A DNA stretch of 37,146 bases, from the NCBI GenBank assembly GCA_046758745.1, contig JBHIAV010000029.1:1-37146 (forward strand), written 5' to 3'. Shown here piece by piece: positions 9,335-17,991 of this stretch. This DNA is from Gemmatimonadota bacterium. Its GTDB lineage: Bacteria; Gemmatimonadota; Gemmatimonadetes; Palauibacterales; Palauibacteraceae. Position numbers and translations under genes: made by a program. How positions within the stretch are numbered: position 1 is the stretch's first letter; every line of letters begins with the position of its first letter. Below the pieces are notes generated by a model that worked only from the letters and a program-made list of their open reading frames with translations, was not told where the DNA came from and ran no database searches.

Positions 9335-10243
9335 TTGAGCCGGGTGATCGAGGTCCCCGAGACGCTCGACGAGCGGGGCTTCGAGGTGCTCGTGGCGGCC
9401 GTCAACGATGCCACGCGCGACGGGGCGCGGCCGCGTGTGCTGTTCGACGCGCGTCGGGTGAAGTGGGTCTCGCCGTACGGCCTCATCGGCCTTCTCTCGG
9501 TGGGGCAGGTCGCCAGGGATCGAACCGGTCTGGCGGCGGGGATCGAGGCCCCGGAGAACTCGGACGTCCGGGGTTATTCCGAGCGGATGAACTTCTGGCA
9601 GGCCGCGTCCGAGGTGTTCGACCTACCCTCCATTCCCGGGCGACCCCACGCGCCTTCCGATGCCCTGCTCGAGATCACGCCGATCCGTTCGCACAACGAC
9701 GTGCACTCTGTGGTGGAGCGGGTGCGCGAGCGCGCCGCGGTGATACTGGAAAGCCGCCTGCACTACCCGAAGCCCGCGGTCATCCAGTTCAGCGTGATGC
9801 TTTCGGAAGTGTGTCAGAACATCCTGGAACACGCCGAGGCCACCGGATGGGTATGCGCTCAGACCTATTACTGGAAGCGCCGTCTGGGAAGAGAGGTGGT
9901 GGTGCTTGCGGTGATGGACGTGGGGATCGGGTTCAAGGGATCGCTCGGCACCGAGCACGCCCGACGCCTCGGGGAGGCGTGGACGGCCGCGAAGGCGCTC
10001 GAGGCGGCCTTCCTGCAGGGCGAGTCCCGTTTCCGCGATCCCGGCCGCGGGCAGGGGCTGCAGGCCATTCGGAAGCAGGTCGCGAGATGGAACGGGGCGA
10101 TTCGGATCCGGAGCGGCAACGCGATGATCGCAGGCGTTCCCGCGTGGGACGACTGTCCCGCGATGCAGAGCCGGCTTCCGGAGTTCCCGGGCGCCCAGGT
10201 ACTGATCGTCATGCCGGAGCGGAGCTCGGAGGCGCGCAGGTGA
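9335..10243 (+). CDS. STAS-like + HATPase_c (GHKL) protein, anti-sigma/Ser-kinase-like
   Basis: N-terminal STAS-like segment (VLFDARRVKWVSPYGLIGL); N-box SEVCQNILEHA, G1 DVGIGF, G2 GRGQGL; no His-phosphoacceptor helix seen. GAGGAG RBS before TTG 9335 (GTG 9344 is an alternative). Confidence 0.8.
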   Translation: MSRVIEVPETLDERGFEVLVAAVNDATRDGARPRVLFDARRVKWVSPYGLIGLLSVGQVARDRTGLAAGIEAPENSDVRGYSERMNFWQAASEVFDLPSIPGRPHAPSDALLEITPIRSHNDVHSVVERVRERAAVILESRLHYPKPAVIQFSVMLSEVCQNILEHAEATGWVCAQTYYWKRRLGREVVVLAVMDVGIGFKGSLGTEHARRLGEAWTAAKALEAAFLQGESRFRDPGRGQGLQAIRKQVARWNGAIRIRSGNAMIAGVPAWDDCPAMQSRLPEFPGAQVLIVMPERSSEARR

Positions 10244-10833
10244 CCGGCGGTCTGGGTCCTGTGCGGTCCGGGCCGGCCGTGGCGATCGCCAGCCTGTACA
10301 AGCCCGATCTCGTCACGCGTCACACGGGGCGTGCCGTCCGACTGAGCATCGAGAGCCTTCTCGCCGAGTACGAAGGCCACCTCCTGACGGTCCTCGATTT
10401 CCGCGATGTCACCGTGATCGACTTCAGCTGCGCGGATGAGGTCGTGGCGAAGCTCGTCCTCGCCTCCCTTCCGGAGGCGCGCCCGCCGCGCGACCGCTTC
10501 TTCCTCTTCCGCGGGATCGGGGACCACCATCTCGACCCGGTCCAGTCGGCGCTCGATCGGCGGCGCCTGACCGTGGCGGCCGAGCGCGACAACGGAGAGC
10601 GCACCCTCATCGGGCACGTGGAGCGCCACGCGGCTCGGGTGTGGGAGGCCGTGTGCTCTGCAGGCCGGGCGCCCGTGCGGGCCGTCGCTGCGGAGATCCG
10701 GCTGCCCGAGCCGGCCGCCCGGGCGGTGTTGGAGGATCTGTACGGGCGACGTCTGCTGATCCGCGTGGCCGATGAGTACGTGTCGCTCTTTCAGGCCCTA
10801 GCCGAGGCGGGTGCCGCCGGCCCGCGGCCATGA
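10240..10833 (+). CDS. STAS-like (DUF4325-type) domain fused to a C-terminal winged helix
   Basis: LVTRHTGRAVR and LDFRDVTVIDFSCADEVVAKL STAS-like motifs; C-terminal VRAVAAEIRLPEPAARAVLEDLYGRRLLIR wHTH pattern; GTGA overlap with upstream stop and ATGA overlap downstream. Confidence 0.75.
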   Translation: MTGGLGPVRSGPAVAIASLYKPDLVTRHTGRAVRLSIESLLAEYEGHLLTVLDFRDVTVIDFSCADEVVAKLVLASLPEARPPRDRFFLFRGIGDHHLDPVQSALDRRRLTVAAERDNGERTLIGHVERHAARVWEAVCSAGRAPVRAVAAEIRLPEPAARAVLEDLYGRRLLIRVADEYVSLFQALAEAGAAGPRP

Positions 10834-13295
10834 GCGGGCGACCGGCGGGGCGGATCATCGCGGAAGCGCTGCACCTCCTGATCTGGCTCGCCGGAATCGG
10901 GATTACGGCGGCCTTCTTCTACCTTCGATCCTCGGCCGCCGAGCCGGAGGGCACCCTGCTTCTGTCTGGTGCGGGGCGACCCGTTCTGGTGCTGGTCGAC
11001 AGCTTCGACATCCCGCACCTCTTCGCCGAGTCCGAGGCGGACCTCTATCGGGCTCAAGGCTACCTGCACGCCACGGACCGGCTGTGGCAGATGGAGCTGT
11101 TCCGCCGCACCGCTTCGGGCCGGCTGACGGAGCTGTTCGGCGAGCGGGCGCTGGCGGCGGACCGCTTCGTCCGGACCCTCGATCTGTGGGGAGCGGCTGC
11201 GCGGGGGCTGGAGACGCTCGACGCGGGGGAGCGAGCGCTCCTGGAGGCATACGCCGAGGGGGTCAACGCGCGGATCCGGAGCTGGAAGGGCGCCCTCCCT
11301 CCCGAGTTCGTGCTCCTGCGCTTCAGATCGGAGCCGTGGAGCCCTCAGGCCAGCCTGGCGGTCGGGATGATGATGAACCTAGACCTCTCCCACTGGCGCA
11401 ACGACCTGCGCCGGTTCTCGGCGAAGTCACGCCTCCCTCCTGCGAAGCTCGGGTACTTGCGACTCCCGTTTCCCGCCTGGGGGCCCACCATACTCGAAGA
11501 CTCCGTGCCGGTGCCGCCCTACCCGGGTTCCCCGCCAAGCCGGGGTGCCGAAGCTTTCCCCGATCGCGCGGCGCATGCCCGGCACGTGACCGGCTCGCGT
11601 GGCGCATCCGACTCCGAGTGGGATCCCTTCGCCCTCCTCGGCGGGTACTCCCTGCGCGTCGCCTCGAACGCGTGGGCCGTGTCCGGCGAGCGCACGGCGA
11701 CGGGGGGAGCCCTGCTGGCCAACGACATGCACCTCGGCCTGCGGGCCCCCGCCATCTGGTACCTCTCCGCGCTGCACGCCGACCGCGCCGGCATCCACGT
11801 TGCCGGGATCACGCTGCCGGGCGTGCCGGGCGTGGTGGTCGGCTACACCCGGGGGGTCGCCTGGGGCTTCACGAACGGCATGATCGACGACATGGACTTC
11901 GTGATCGAGGAGGTGAGTGAGGACGGGTCATCCTACCGGGACGCTGGGCGATGGAGGGAGTTCACCGTCCGCCCGGAGACACTCCGCGTACGAGGTCGCT
12001 CGGAGCCGGTGGTCCACCGGGTACGGGAGACTTCGCGCGGTCCGGTGATCACCGATGTCCTGGCCGGCCTTGGAGCCACCCTCTCCGCCGTCTGGGTGCC
12101 GGCGCGCCCCGCCTGGAGCACGATCGGGATCCTCGGGTTGAACCGGGCGACGGACCTCGAGAGCATGGATCGGGCCGTGCGCAGGTTCGCCGTCCCCCAT
12201 CAGAACGTCGTGTTCGCGACGACCTCCGGACGGATCGGGTATCGCCTCGCGGGCACGATACCCCTGCGCGCGGGGTGGGACGGGAGCATCCCCGTGCCGC
12301 ACGAGGTGGTCGAGAGACGAGCGCCCGCCTTCTGGCCGCCGGAGGCCCACCCCGCCGGACGGGATCCGACACGGGGCTTCTTCGCCACGGCGAACAACCT
12401 CCAGGCGCGCGGTCTGGACGGCGTGCTCGGCGTCGACTACCCGCCGCCGTTCCGGGCTCGTAGGATCAGCGACCGGCTGGCCGAGGAGGCCGCGTGGACT
12501 GCCGACGAGACGTACCTCCTGCAGCGCGATACCCGGAGCCTGCTGGCCGACAGGGTCATCGATCGGGCCGTGTCGGCGGCCAGGGCGATCGGCGCCGAAT
12601 CAGTCGCCGATCTCCTGGAGGGCTGGAACAGGCGGGTCTCGCTCGACTCCCGGGCCGCCCCGATCTTCTACGCCTGGCTCTACCGACTCCGGGCGCTGGT
12701 CGCGGCGGACGAGTTCGCAGAAGCGCCGGAGTGGGCCTTCTATCCGGTCAACGGCTTCCTTCGCACGCTGGAGCTGGGGGACGCCGACCCGTGGGTGGAT
12801 GACATCACCACGCGGGAGGTCGAGACGCTGGACGGGCTGTCGGCGCGCGCCATGCGCGACGTCCTCCCGCGAGTGAGGGAGAGGGAATGGGGCGAGCTGC
12901 ACCTCGAGCGCAGCCATCACCTGCTGGGCGGGTCGCCGTGGCTGGATCGGCTGTTCGGCTTCGACATCGGCCCCTACCCGGGCCCCGGCGCGCCTCACAC
13001 CGTCCGCCCGGACGCGTACGACCGGTGGACGGCGTTGGATTCAACCTCCTGGTCTCCTCCCTACCTCAGCGAGTACGGCCCGTCCGAGCGCTTCGTGGCG
13101 GAGGTGGGGCCGCATGGCATCCTCGGCCGCTTCCTGTTGCCTACCGGACAGAGCGGCAATCCTTTCAGCCCTCATTATCGCGACATGAATGTCCGCTGGA
13201 GAGAGGGAGGTCCCCTCATCCCAGTTCCGCTCGATGGGACGGCGGCCCGCCGCCGGGCCATCCGGCAGTTTCGGCTGGTGCCGGATGAGGGCTGA
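10830..13295 (+). CDS. Penicillin acylase family Ntn-hydrolase (peptidase S45)
   Basis: N-terminal TM anchor, IPHLFA, QGYLHATDRLWQM, nucleophile motif ASNAW, LANDMHL, TANN and GQSGNPFSPHY. Confidence 0.95.
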   Translation: MSGRPAGRIIAEALHLLIWLAGIGITAAFFYLRSSAAEPEGTLLLSGAGRPVLVLVDSFDIPHLFAESEADLYRAQGYLHATDRLWQMELFRRTASGRLTELFGERALAADRFVRTLDLWGAAARGLETLDAGERALLEAYAEGVNARIRSWKGALPPEFVLLRFRSEPWSPQASLAVGMMMNLDLSHWRNDLRRFSAKSRLPPAKLGYLRLPFPAWGPTILEDSVPVPPYPGSPPSRGAEAFPDRAAHARHVTGSRGASDSEWDPFALLGGYSLRVASNAWAVSGERTATGGALLANDMHLGLRAPAIWYLSALHADRAGIHVAGITLPGVPGVVVGYTRGVAWGFTNGMIDDMDFVIEEVSEDGSSYRDAGRWREFTVRPETLRVRGRSEPVVHRVRETSRGPVITDVLAGLGATLSAVWVPARPAWSTIGILGLNRATDLESMDRAVRRFAVPHQNVVFATTSGRIGYRLAGTIPLRAGWDGSIPVPHEVVERRAPAFWPPEAHPAGRDPTRGFFATANNLQARGLDGVLGVDYPPPFRARRISDRLAEEAAWTADETYLLQRDTRSLLADRVIDRAVSAARAIGAESVADLLEGWNRRVSLDSRAAPIFYAWLYRLRALVAADEFAEAPEWAFYPVNGFLRTLELGDADPWVDDITTREVETLDGLSARAMRDVLPRVREREWGELHLERSHHLLGGSPWLDRLFGFDIGPYPGPGAPHTVRPDAYDRWTALDSTSWSPPYLSEYGPSERFVAEVGPHGILGRFLLPTGQSGNPFSPHYRDMNVRWREGGPLIPVPLDGTAARRRAIRQFRLVPDEG

Positions 13296-13360
13296 GCCCG
13301 CCTCGAGCCCCCCGCGCAGCCCAGGGGTCTCGCCCCGGCTGCGCCTCGCCCCGCGTCGTC

Positions 13361-13701
13361 ATGAGTGTTGAGCTCGGCCGGGCCCCGGACGTCGGAGCGA
13401 CGGAGAGCCGGGTGGAGCTCCTGGTGATCGGCGAACCTCCTCGACGTGCCGGGCGAGGAGCTGCCGAAGGTGTCGCACGTCTTTCAGGAGCCGCATCGGT
13501 ACTTCGATCAGGAGGTGCTCGTGGTGGGTGGGGGCAACTCCGCCGTTGAGGCGGCACTCTCCGTATGGCGGGCGGGGGCTTTTCATCGCGGGTGTGCTGG
13601 CGGCCGGGTTCGACGCGAATCGGATCTTCATCGAGAACGGGCGCAGCCACGGCGCGAGGATCGTGCGTCACCTCAGTAGCGGGGAAGCCGTTCGTCGTTG
13701 A
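13361..13701 (+). pseudogene. ypdA: Remnant of a YpdA-like (bacillithiol disulfide/thioredoxin reductase family) flavoprotein
   Basis: Three colinear fragments in three frames: M...ELLVIG (13361-13432); [49 protein letters not shown] (13434-13580); [33 protein letters not shown]...stop (13576-13701). Confidence 0.85.
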
Positions 13702-13786
13702 CGGGGTTCCACCCAACGGGTAGCTTCGCCGCGAGGCCGTCCTGGCAGCGGCAGCAAGGGGTCCCTGAAGGCAAGTCTCTGTCCCA

Positions 13787-14044
13787 ATGGCCGATACCGC
13801 CACGACTCACGCCGTCCCGCCACGCGAGCGAATCGAGCAAGTGCTCGCTTCCATTCGCCCGGCGATCCGCGAAGACGGCGGGGACATCGAGCTAGTCGAT
13901 TTCGACGAACGGGAGGGGCTGGTGCGCCTGCGCATGGTCGGAGCGTGTTATGCCTGCCCGATGTCCATGCTGACCCTCAAGGCGGGCCTGGAGCAGCGGC
14001 TTCGCATGCAGGTGCCGGAGGTGCGCGCCGTCGAGTCCGTCTGA
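13787..14044 (+). CDS. NifU/NfuA C-terminal-type Fe-S scaffold protein
   Basis: IRPAIREDGGDIELV and GACYACPMSMLTLKAGLE (CxxC) signature. Confidence 0.93.
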   Translation: MADTATTHAVPPRERIEQVLASIRPAIREDGGDIELVDFDEREGLVRLRMVGACYACPMSMLTLKAGLEQRLRMQVPEVRAVESV

Positions 14045-14130
14045 GGCCCGCGCGAGCCCTCACGTTCCCCCAGCGGCCCAGGCTTCTCGCCGCGGACGGT
14101 CGTCCCCGAGATGGTCGAGTCCCGAGTGTC

Positions 14131-15087
14131 ATGATGGAGAAAGATCGACCGGAAGATGGAGCCGCCGGTTCGCGGGGTGGGAAACGGCGCTCACTCCCCA
14201 TCGTCGGCGCCCCGCCTCGGCCGAGCGCCGCCTTGCCCCATGCCCGGCCCGGCCCGCCGCCGGTGAGCCGGCAGGAGGCCTCTCGCCGGCCCTCCGAGGC
14301 CGAGCCGCTCGACGGCGTCCGGCACGTGGTCGCGGTGAGCTCGGGAAAGGGCGGGGTCGGCAAGTCCACGGTGGCCGCGAACGTGGCCGCCGCGTGGGGC
14401 CGGTCGGGCCACCGGGTCGGACTGCTGGACGCCGACGTCTACGGGCCCGACATCCCGACGATGCTCGGCGTGTACGGTCGGCCCGGCATGGCGAACGACG
14501 AGATCATCCCGCTCGAGGCCCACGGCATCAAGCTGATGAGCCTGGGCTTCCTGGTGGATGAGGAGACGCCGGCCATCTGGCGGGGACCCATCGTCATGGG
14601 GATCATGCGCCAGTTCCTGCGCCAGGTTCGCTGGGGCGAGCTGGATTACCTCGTCGTCGACCTTCCGCCCGGCACCGGCGATGCGCAGCTCTCTCTGGTC
14701 CAGCTCGTCAGGGTGACCGGCGCGATCATGGTCACCAGCCCTCAGGACGTGGCGGTGGGAGGGGTGCTCAGAGGGATCAAGATGTTCGAGACCGTCGAGA
14801 TCCCGATCGTCGGGGTAGTGGAGAACATGCGGGGTTTCGTGTGCCCCGACTGCGGCAGCGTGCACGACATCTTCGGCTCCGGGGGCGGAGAGGCGCTGGC
14901 CGCCTCCGTAGGTGTTCCCTTTCTCGGCGCCGTGCCGCTCGGAACCGCCGTCCGCGAGGAGGGCGACCGCGGGATGCCGACGGTGATCGGACGTCCCGAG
15001 TCGTCGGAAGGCACGGCGCTCCGGCGGATCGCGCAGGCGGCGGCGGAGCGCATTGTGGAGCTGGGAGCGGCGGCGGCCTCTCGCTGA
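14131..15087 (+). CDS. mrp: Mrp/NBP35 (ApbC) Fe-S carrier ATPase
   Basis: SGKGGVGKST, DADVYGP, WRGP, DLPPGTGD and ENM..FVCPDC motifs; low-complexity N-terminus, start approximate. Confidence 0.95.
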   Translation: MMEKDRPEDGAAGSRGGKRRSLPIVGAPPRPSAALPHARPGPPPVSRQEASRRPSEAEPLDGVRHVVAVSSGKGGVGKSTVAANVAAAWGRSGHRVGLLDADVYGPDIPTMLGVYGRPGMANDEIIPLEAHGIKLMSLGFLVDEETPAIWRGPIVMGIMRQFLRQVRWGELDYLVVDLPPGTGDAQLSLVQLVRVTGAIMVTSPQDVAVGGVLRGIKMFETVEIPIVGVVENMRGFVCPDCGSVHDIFGSGGGEALAASVGVPFLGAVPLGTAVREEGDRGMPTVIGRPESSEGTALRRIAQAAAERIVELGAAAASR

Positions 15088-16262
15088 GCTCCCGCCCGCG
15101 GGCCGTCGATCCCACGCGCGGCCCCGTCGACGTCGCGGTGCGGCGTCTGGCCGGACCCGCCGTGGCGAGCCGCAGGCACGGCGAAGGCCGCCCGGACGAC
15201 GCGGCGCGCACCGTGTATCAGGCGTTCTGGCTCGCCCTCGGGGTCGCGCTCATCCTGGGAGCGAGCGCTCTCGCCGGCCTGTGGGCGCTCTTCTCTCTCA
15301 TGGGGACCCCGGGCGAGGTGACCGTGCAGGGGAGCGGTTATCTGGCGGTCTACCTCGTCGGGGTTCCGATCGTGTTCATCTATTTCGTGATGGATGCGGC
15401 GTTCCGGGCGGCGGGGGACACGCGCACCCCGCTTCGTCTCCTCACCCTCGCCCTGGCGCTCAACTTCGTCCTCGACCCTCTGCTCATACTCGGCGTGGGT
15501 CCCTTCCCGCGCCTCGGCATCCAGGGCGCGGCGCTCGCCACCCTGCTGACGAGATCGGCAGCGCTCCTCCTGGGCCTGTGGCTGCTGGTTCGGCGGGGTC
15601 TCATCCGACGTGAGCCGCCGACCTCGAGCGTCATGGGGCGGATGGCGTGGGTGGGCGCGCCGGTGGCGGCCGCCGGGGCCGTCTTCTCGGTCATCTACAT
15701 CCTCCTCACCCGCATCACGAGCGGTTTCGGCACGGCGGCGCTGGCCGCGCTGGGTGTCGGGCACAAGGTGGAGTCACTCGGCTACATGCTGTGCGTCGGG
15801 TTCGGCATCGCCGCCGCCACCGCGGTCGGGCAGAACCTCGGCGCGGGTGCTCCCCGGAGGGCGGAGGGCGCCGGAAACTTGGCGACCGGTTACGCCCTCG
15901 CGGTCACCGCCATCGTCGGAGCCGCTTTCCTTCTCGTCCCGCGTCAGCTCATGGGGGTCTTCTCGGACGATCCGTCGGTGATCGCGGCGGGGGCGAGTTA
16001 CCTCCGGATCGTGGCCCCGGCGCAGCTGTTCATGGCTCTTGAGATCGTGCTCGAGATGGCGATGGACGGCGCGGGGTATACTCTCGTACCGATGGTCTTC
16101 AGCGTGGTCCTGTCCGCGCTCCGTTTGCCCGCGGCGATCCTTCTGCGCGGGCCGCTCGGCCTGGCCGGCATCTGGTGGGCGATCAGCTCGACGGCGATGG
16201 CGCGGGGCTCGGCGGCGGCGGCCGTGTGGCACACGGGGCGGTGGAAGCGCCGGCCCATATGA
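15084..16262 (+). CDS. MATE family transporter, apparently lacking TM1-TM2 (possible pseudogene)
   Basis: FRAAGDTRTP, LNFVLDPLLI, LGIQGAALAT, VGQNLGAG MATE motifs; 392 codons from a CTG overlapping the mrp stop; no ATG start seen. Confidence 0.8.
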   Translation: MSSRPRAVDPTRGPVDVAVRRLAGPAVASRRHGEGRPDDAARTVYQAFWLALGVALILGASALAGLWALFSLMGTPGEVTVQGSGYLAVYLVGVPIVFIYFVMDAAFRAAGDTRTPLRLLTLALALNFVLDPLLILGVGPFPRLGIQGAALATLLTRSAALLLGLWLLVRRGLIRREPPTSSVMGRMAWVGAPVAAAGAVFSVIYILLTRITSGFGTAALAALGVGHKVESLGYMLCVGFGIAAATAVGQNLGAGAPRRAEGAGNLATGYALAVTAIVGAAFLLVPRQLMGVFSDDPSVIAAGASYLRIVAPAQLFMALEIVLEMAMDGAGYTLVPMVFSVVLSALRLPAAILLRGPLGLAGIWWAISSTAMARGSAAAAVWHTGRWKRRPI

Positions 16263-16276
16263 GCGAGGAGGTAGCG

Positions 16277-17068
16277 ATGCGGCTCGTGACGCTCACGACG
16301 GACTTCGGTACCGAGGATGGGTACGTCGGCGAGGTGAAAGGAGTGCTGCTCAGCCGGTGTCCGGAAGCCCGCCTGGTGGATGTCACGCATCGGATCCCGG
16401 CCGGGGACGTCGAGTTCGGGGCCTGGGTGCTCGATCGGACGTGGGAGCGGTATCCGGCGGGTACCGTTCACCTGGTCGTGGTCGATCCTGGGGTCGGCTC
16501 CGAGCGACGCGCCATCGCGGCCCTCACCGGCGAGAGATGGTTCGTCGGGCCGGACAACGGCCTCCTCACCCGGGTCGCGGGCCGCTTGCCGATCCGGGAG
16601 CTTCGGGAGATCACCGCCGCGGGCGTCACGGCGTCTGCCGTCTCCCTCACCTTCCATGGCCGTGATCTGTTCGCCCCGGCGGCGGCCATCATCGCCGAGC
16701 TGGACGGTGGGGAGTCGCTCGGGCCGCTCCTCGACCCCACGACGCTGGTGCGCATCGATCTGCCACTCCCGCAGCGCTACGGGGACAGAATCGAGGGCCG
16801 CGTGATGCACGTCGACCGGTTCGGCAACCTGATCACCGATGTCCCTGCCGACTGGCTCCCGGAGGCTCCCCTGGTGGCGATACGGGGCCGACGTCTCCGC
16901 GGCCTCGTCCGCAGCTACGCCGCCGCGCAGGGGGGGAGAGGGGGACCCCTCCTCGCGATCGTCGGTTCTGGGGGCACGCTGGAGATCTCGATGGCGGGCG
17001 GGAGCGCGGCCGCTCTGCTCAGCGCACGCCGGGGCGATCGAGTGACGGTCTCGCCGCCCGGTCCGTGA
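16277..17068 (+). CDS. SAM hydroxide adenosyltransferase (DUF62, chlorinase/fluorinase family)
   Basis: TLTTDFG, VVDPGVGSERR, GPDNG, TFHGRDLF, DRFGN motifs; GAGGAGG RBS. Confidence 0.93.
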   Translation: MRLVTLTTDFGTEDGYVGEVKGVLLSRCPEARLVDVTHRIPAGDVEFGAWVLDRTWERYPAGTVHLVVVDPGVGSERRAIAALTGERWFVGPDNGLLTRVAGRLPIRELREITAAGVTASAVSLTFHGRDLFAPAAAIIAELDGGESLGPLLDPTTLVRIDLPLPQRYGDRIEGRVMHVDRFGNLITDVPADWLPEAPLVAIRGRRLRGLVRSYAAAQGGRGGPLLAIVGSGGTLEISMAGGSAAALLSARRGDRVTVSPPGP

Positions 17069-17077
17069 CGGCCGGAC

Positions 17078-17107
17078 GCCGCCCCGCGGGCGCGCCCGCG
17101 GGGCGGC
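17078..17107. terminator. Perfect 30-bp GC palindrome between convergent operons
   Basis: GCCGCCCCGCGGGCGCGCCCGCGGGGCGGC is self-reverse-complementary; no U-tract on either side. Confidence 0.5.
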
Positions 17108-17115
17108 CTCCTCGG

Positions 17116-17991
17116 TCAGCGCACGAAGTCGATCTCGATCGTGCCGAACGTGGCATCGAGGTCGATGTCGAGGCGGTGCTCGGCTGTCTCCCAGTTGGCC
17201 GTCCGGTAGCTGTCTCCGTCCTTCTCGAGGCCGCCGGCCTCGAACGTGGTGAGGAAGGTGCTGCGCCGGATGCGCACCCCGATGTGGCGCGGGAGACGCA
17301 GGTGCAGGGAGCCCACGCCCATGTCGAGGGAGGCGGTGGCGCTCCTCTCCCACTCGCCGCTGAAATCGAGGGTCACGTCCCCGATGCCTCCCTCGAAGAC
17401 GAAGCTGCCGAAGCGCGCGTTTCCGAGGCCCTCCGCATGAAAGGATGCCGCCCCGACCGCCAGTTCCAGCCGGTCCATCCGAACGGGATTCGGCTCGTCG
17501 AAGCGAAGCCGGGTCTCGCTCGCCCCCGTGTGGTACCGAAGGCCGGTGAGGGGGACGCCGCCAAGCTCGAGCGAGCTCTCCGCTGCCCCCACCGTGAGGT
17601 CGAGATACGTGGGCACCTCGCGGCTCAGCCCCAGGGAGAGGGAGCCGACCTCGTGGGACCCGCCCCGCAGATGCCGGAGGTCGAGGTCGAGCTCCACGCC
17701 GTCGTGCCCGTCTAGAGATACGGAGAGCCTGCCCACGCCCTTCGACAAGGACCACTCACGCTGCGGCCGAAACTTCGAGGCATCGTAACGCACCCGGTAA
17801 TCGTACAGGCGCCCCGCTCGCGCGGGGAAGACGGCGAGCTCGCCTGCGGCGTATTCCACATCCACCTCGAGCCGCGACACGCCATCCAGCTGACGGCTCG
17901 CGGAGAGCTCCAACCAGTGCTGGCCGGGTGCCGGAGAGGCCGCCAGCAGGACGGCGGCGGCCCCCGCGACGGCTCGGCCCCTCTTACGCAC
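17116..17991 (-). CDS. Exported beta-rich protein (LiaF/DUF2154/DUF4097-like beta-helix type)
   Basis: Signal-peptide-like start, repeated LxLxxGxGxxxLD beta units, ends ATFGTIEIDFVR; GGGGAGG RBS before GTG 17991. Confidence 0.7.
   Translation of the reverse strand: MRKRGRAVAGAAAVLLAASPAPGQHWLELSASRQLDGVSRLEVDVEYAAGELAVFPARAGRLYDYRVRYDASKFRPQREWSLSKGVGRLSVSLDGHDGVELDLDLRHLRGGSHEVGSLSLGLSREVPTYLDLTVGAAESSLELGGVPLTGLRYHTGASETRLRFDEPNPVRMDRLELAVGAASFHAEGLGNARFGSFVFEGGIGDVTLDFSGEWERSATASLDMGVGSLHLRLPRHIGVRIRRSTFLTTFEAGGLEKDGDSYRTANWETAEHRLDIDLDATFGTIEIDFVR

Noticed and set aside
13421-13590. Programmed frameshifting restoring a YpdA protein
   Set aside because: Even if recoded, most of the FAD-binding fold is physically absent; deletion explains it better.
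16277-17068. Possible fluorinase/chlorinase
   Set aside because: The TFHGRD motif is that of the common DUF62 SAM hydrolases rather than the halogenases.
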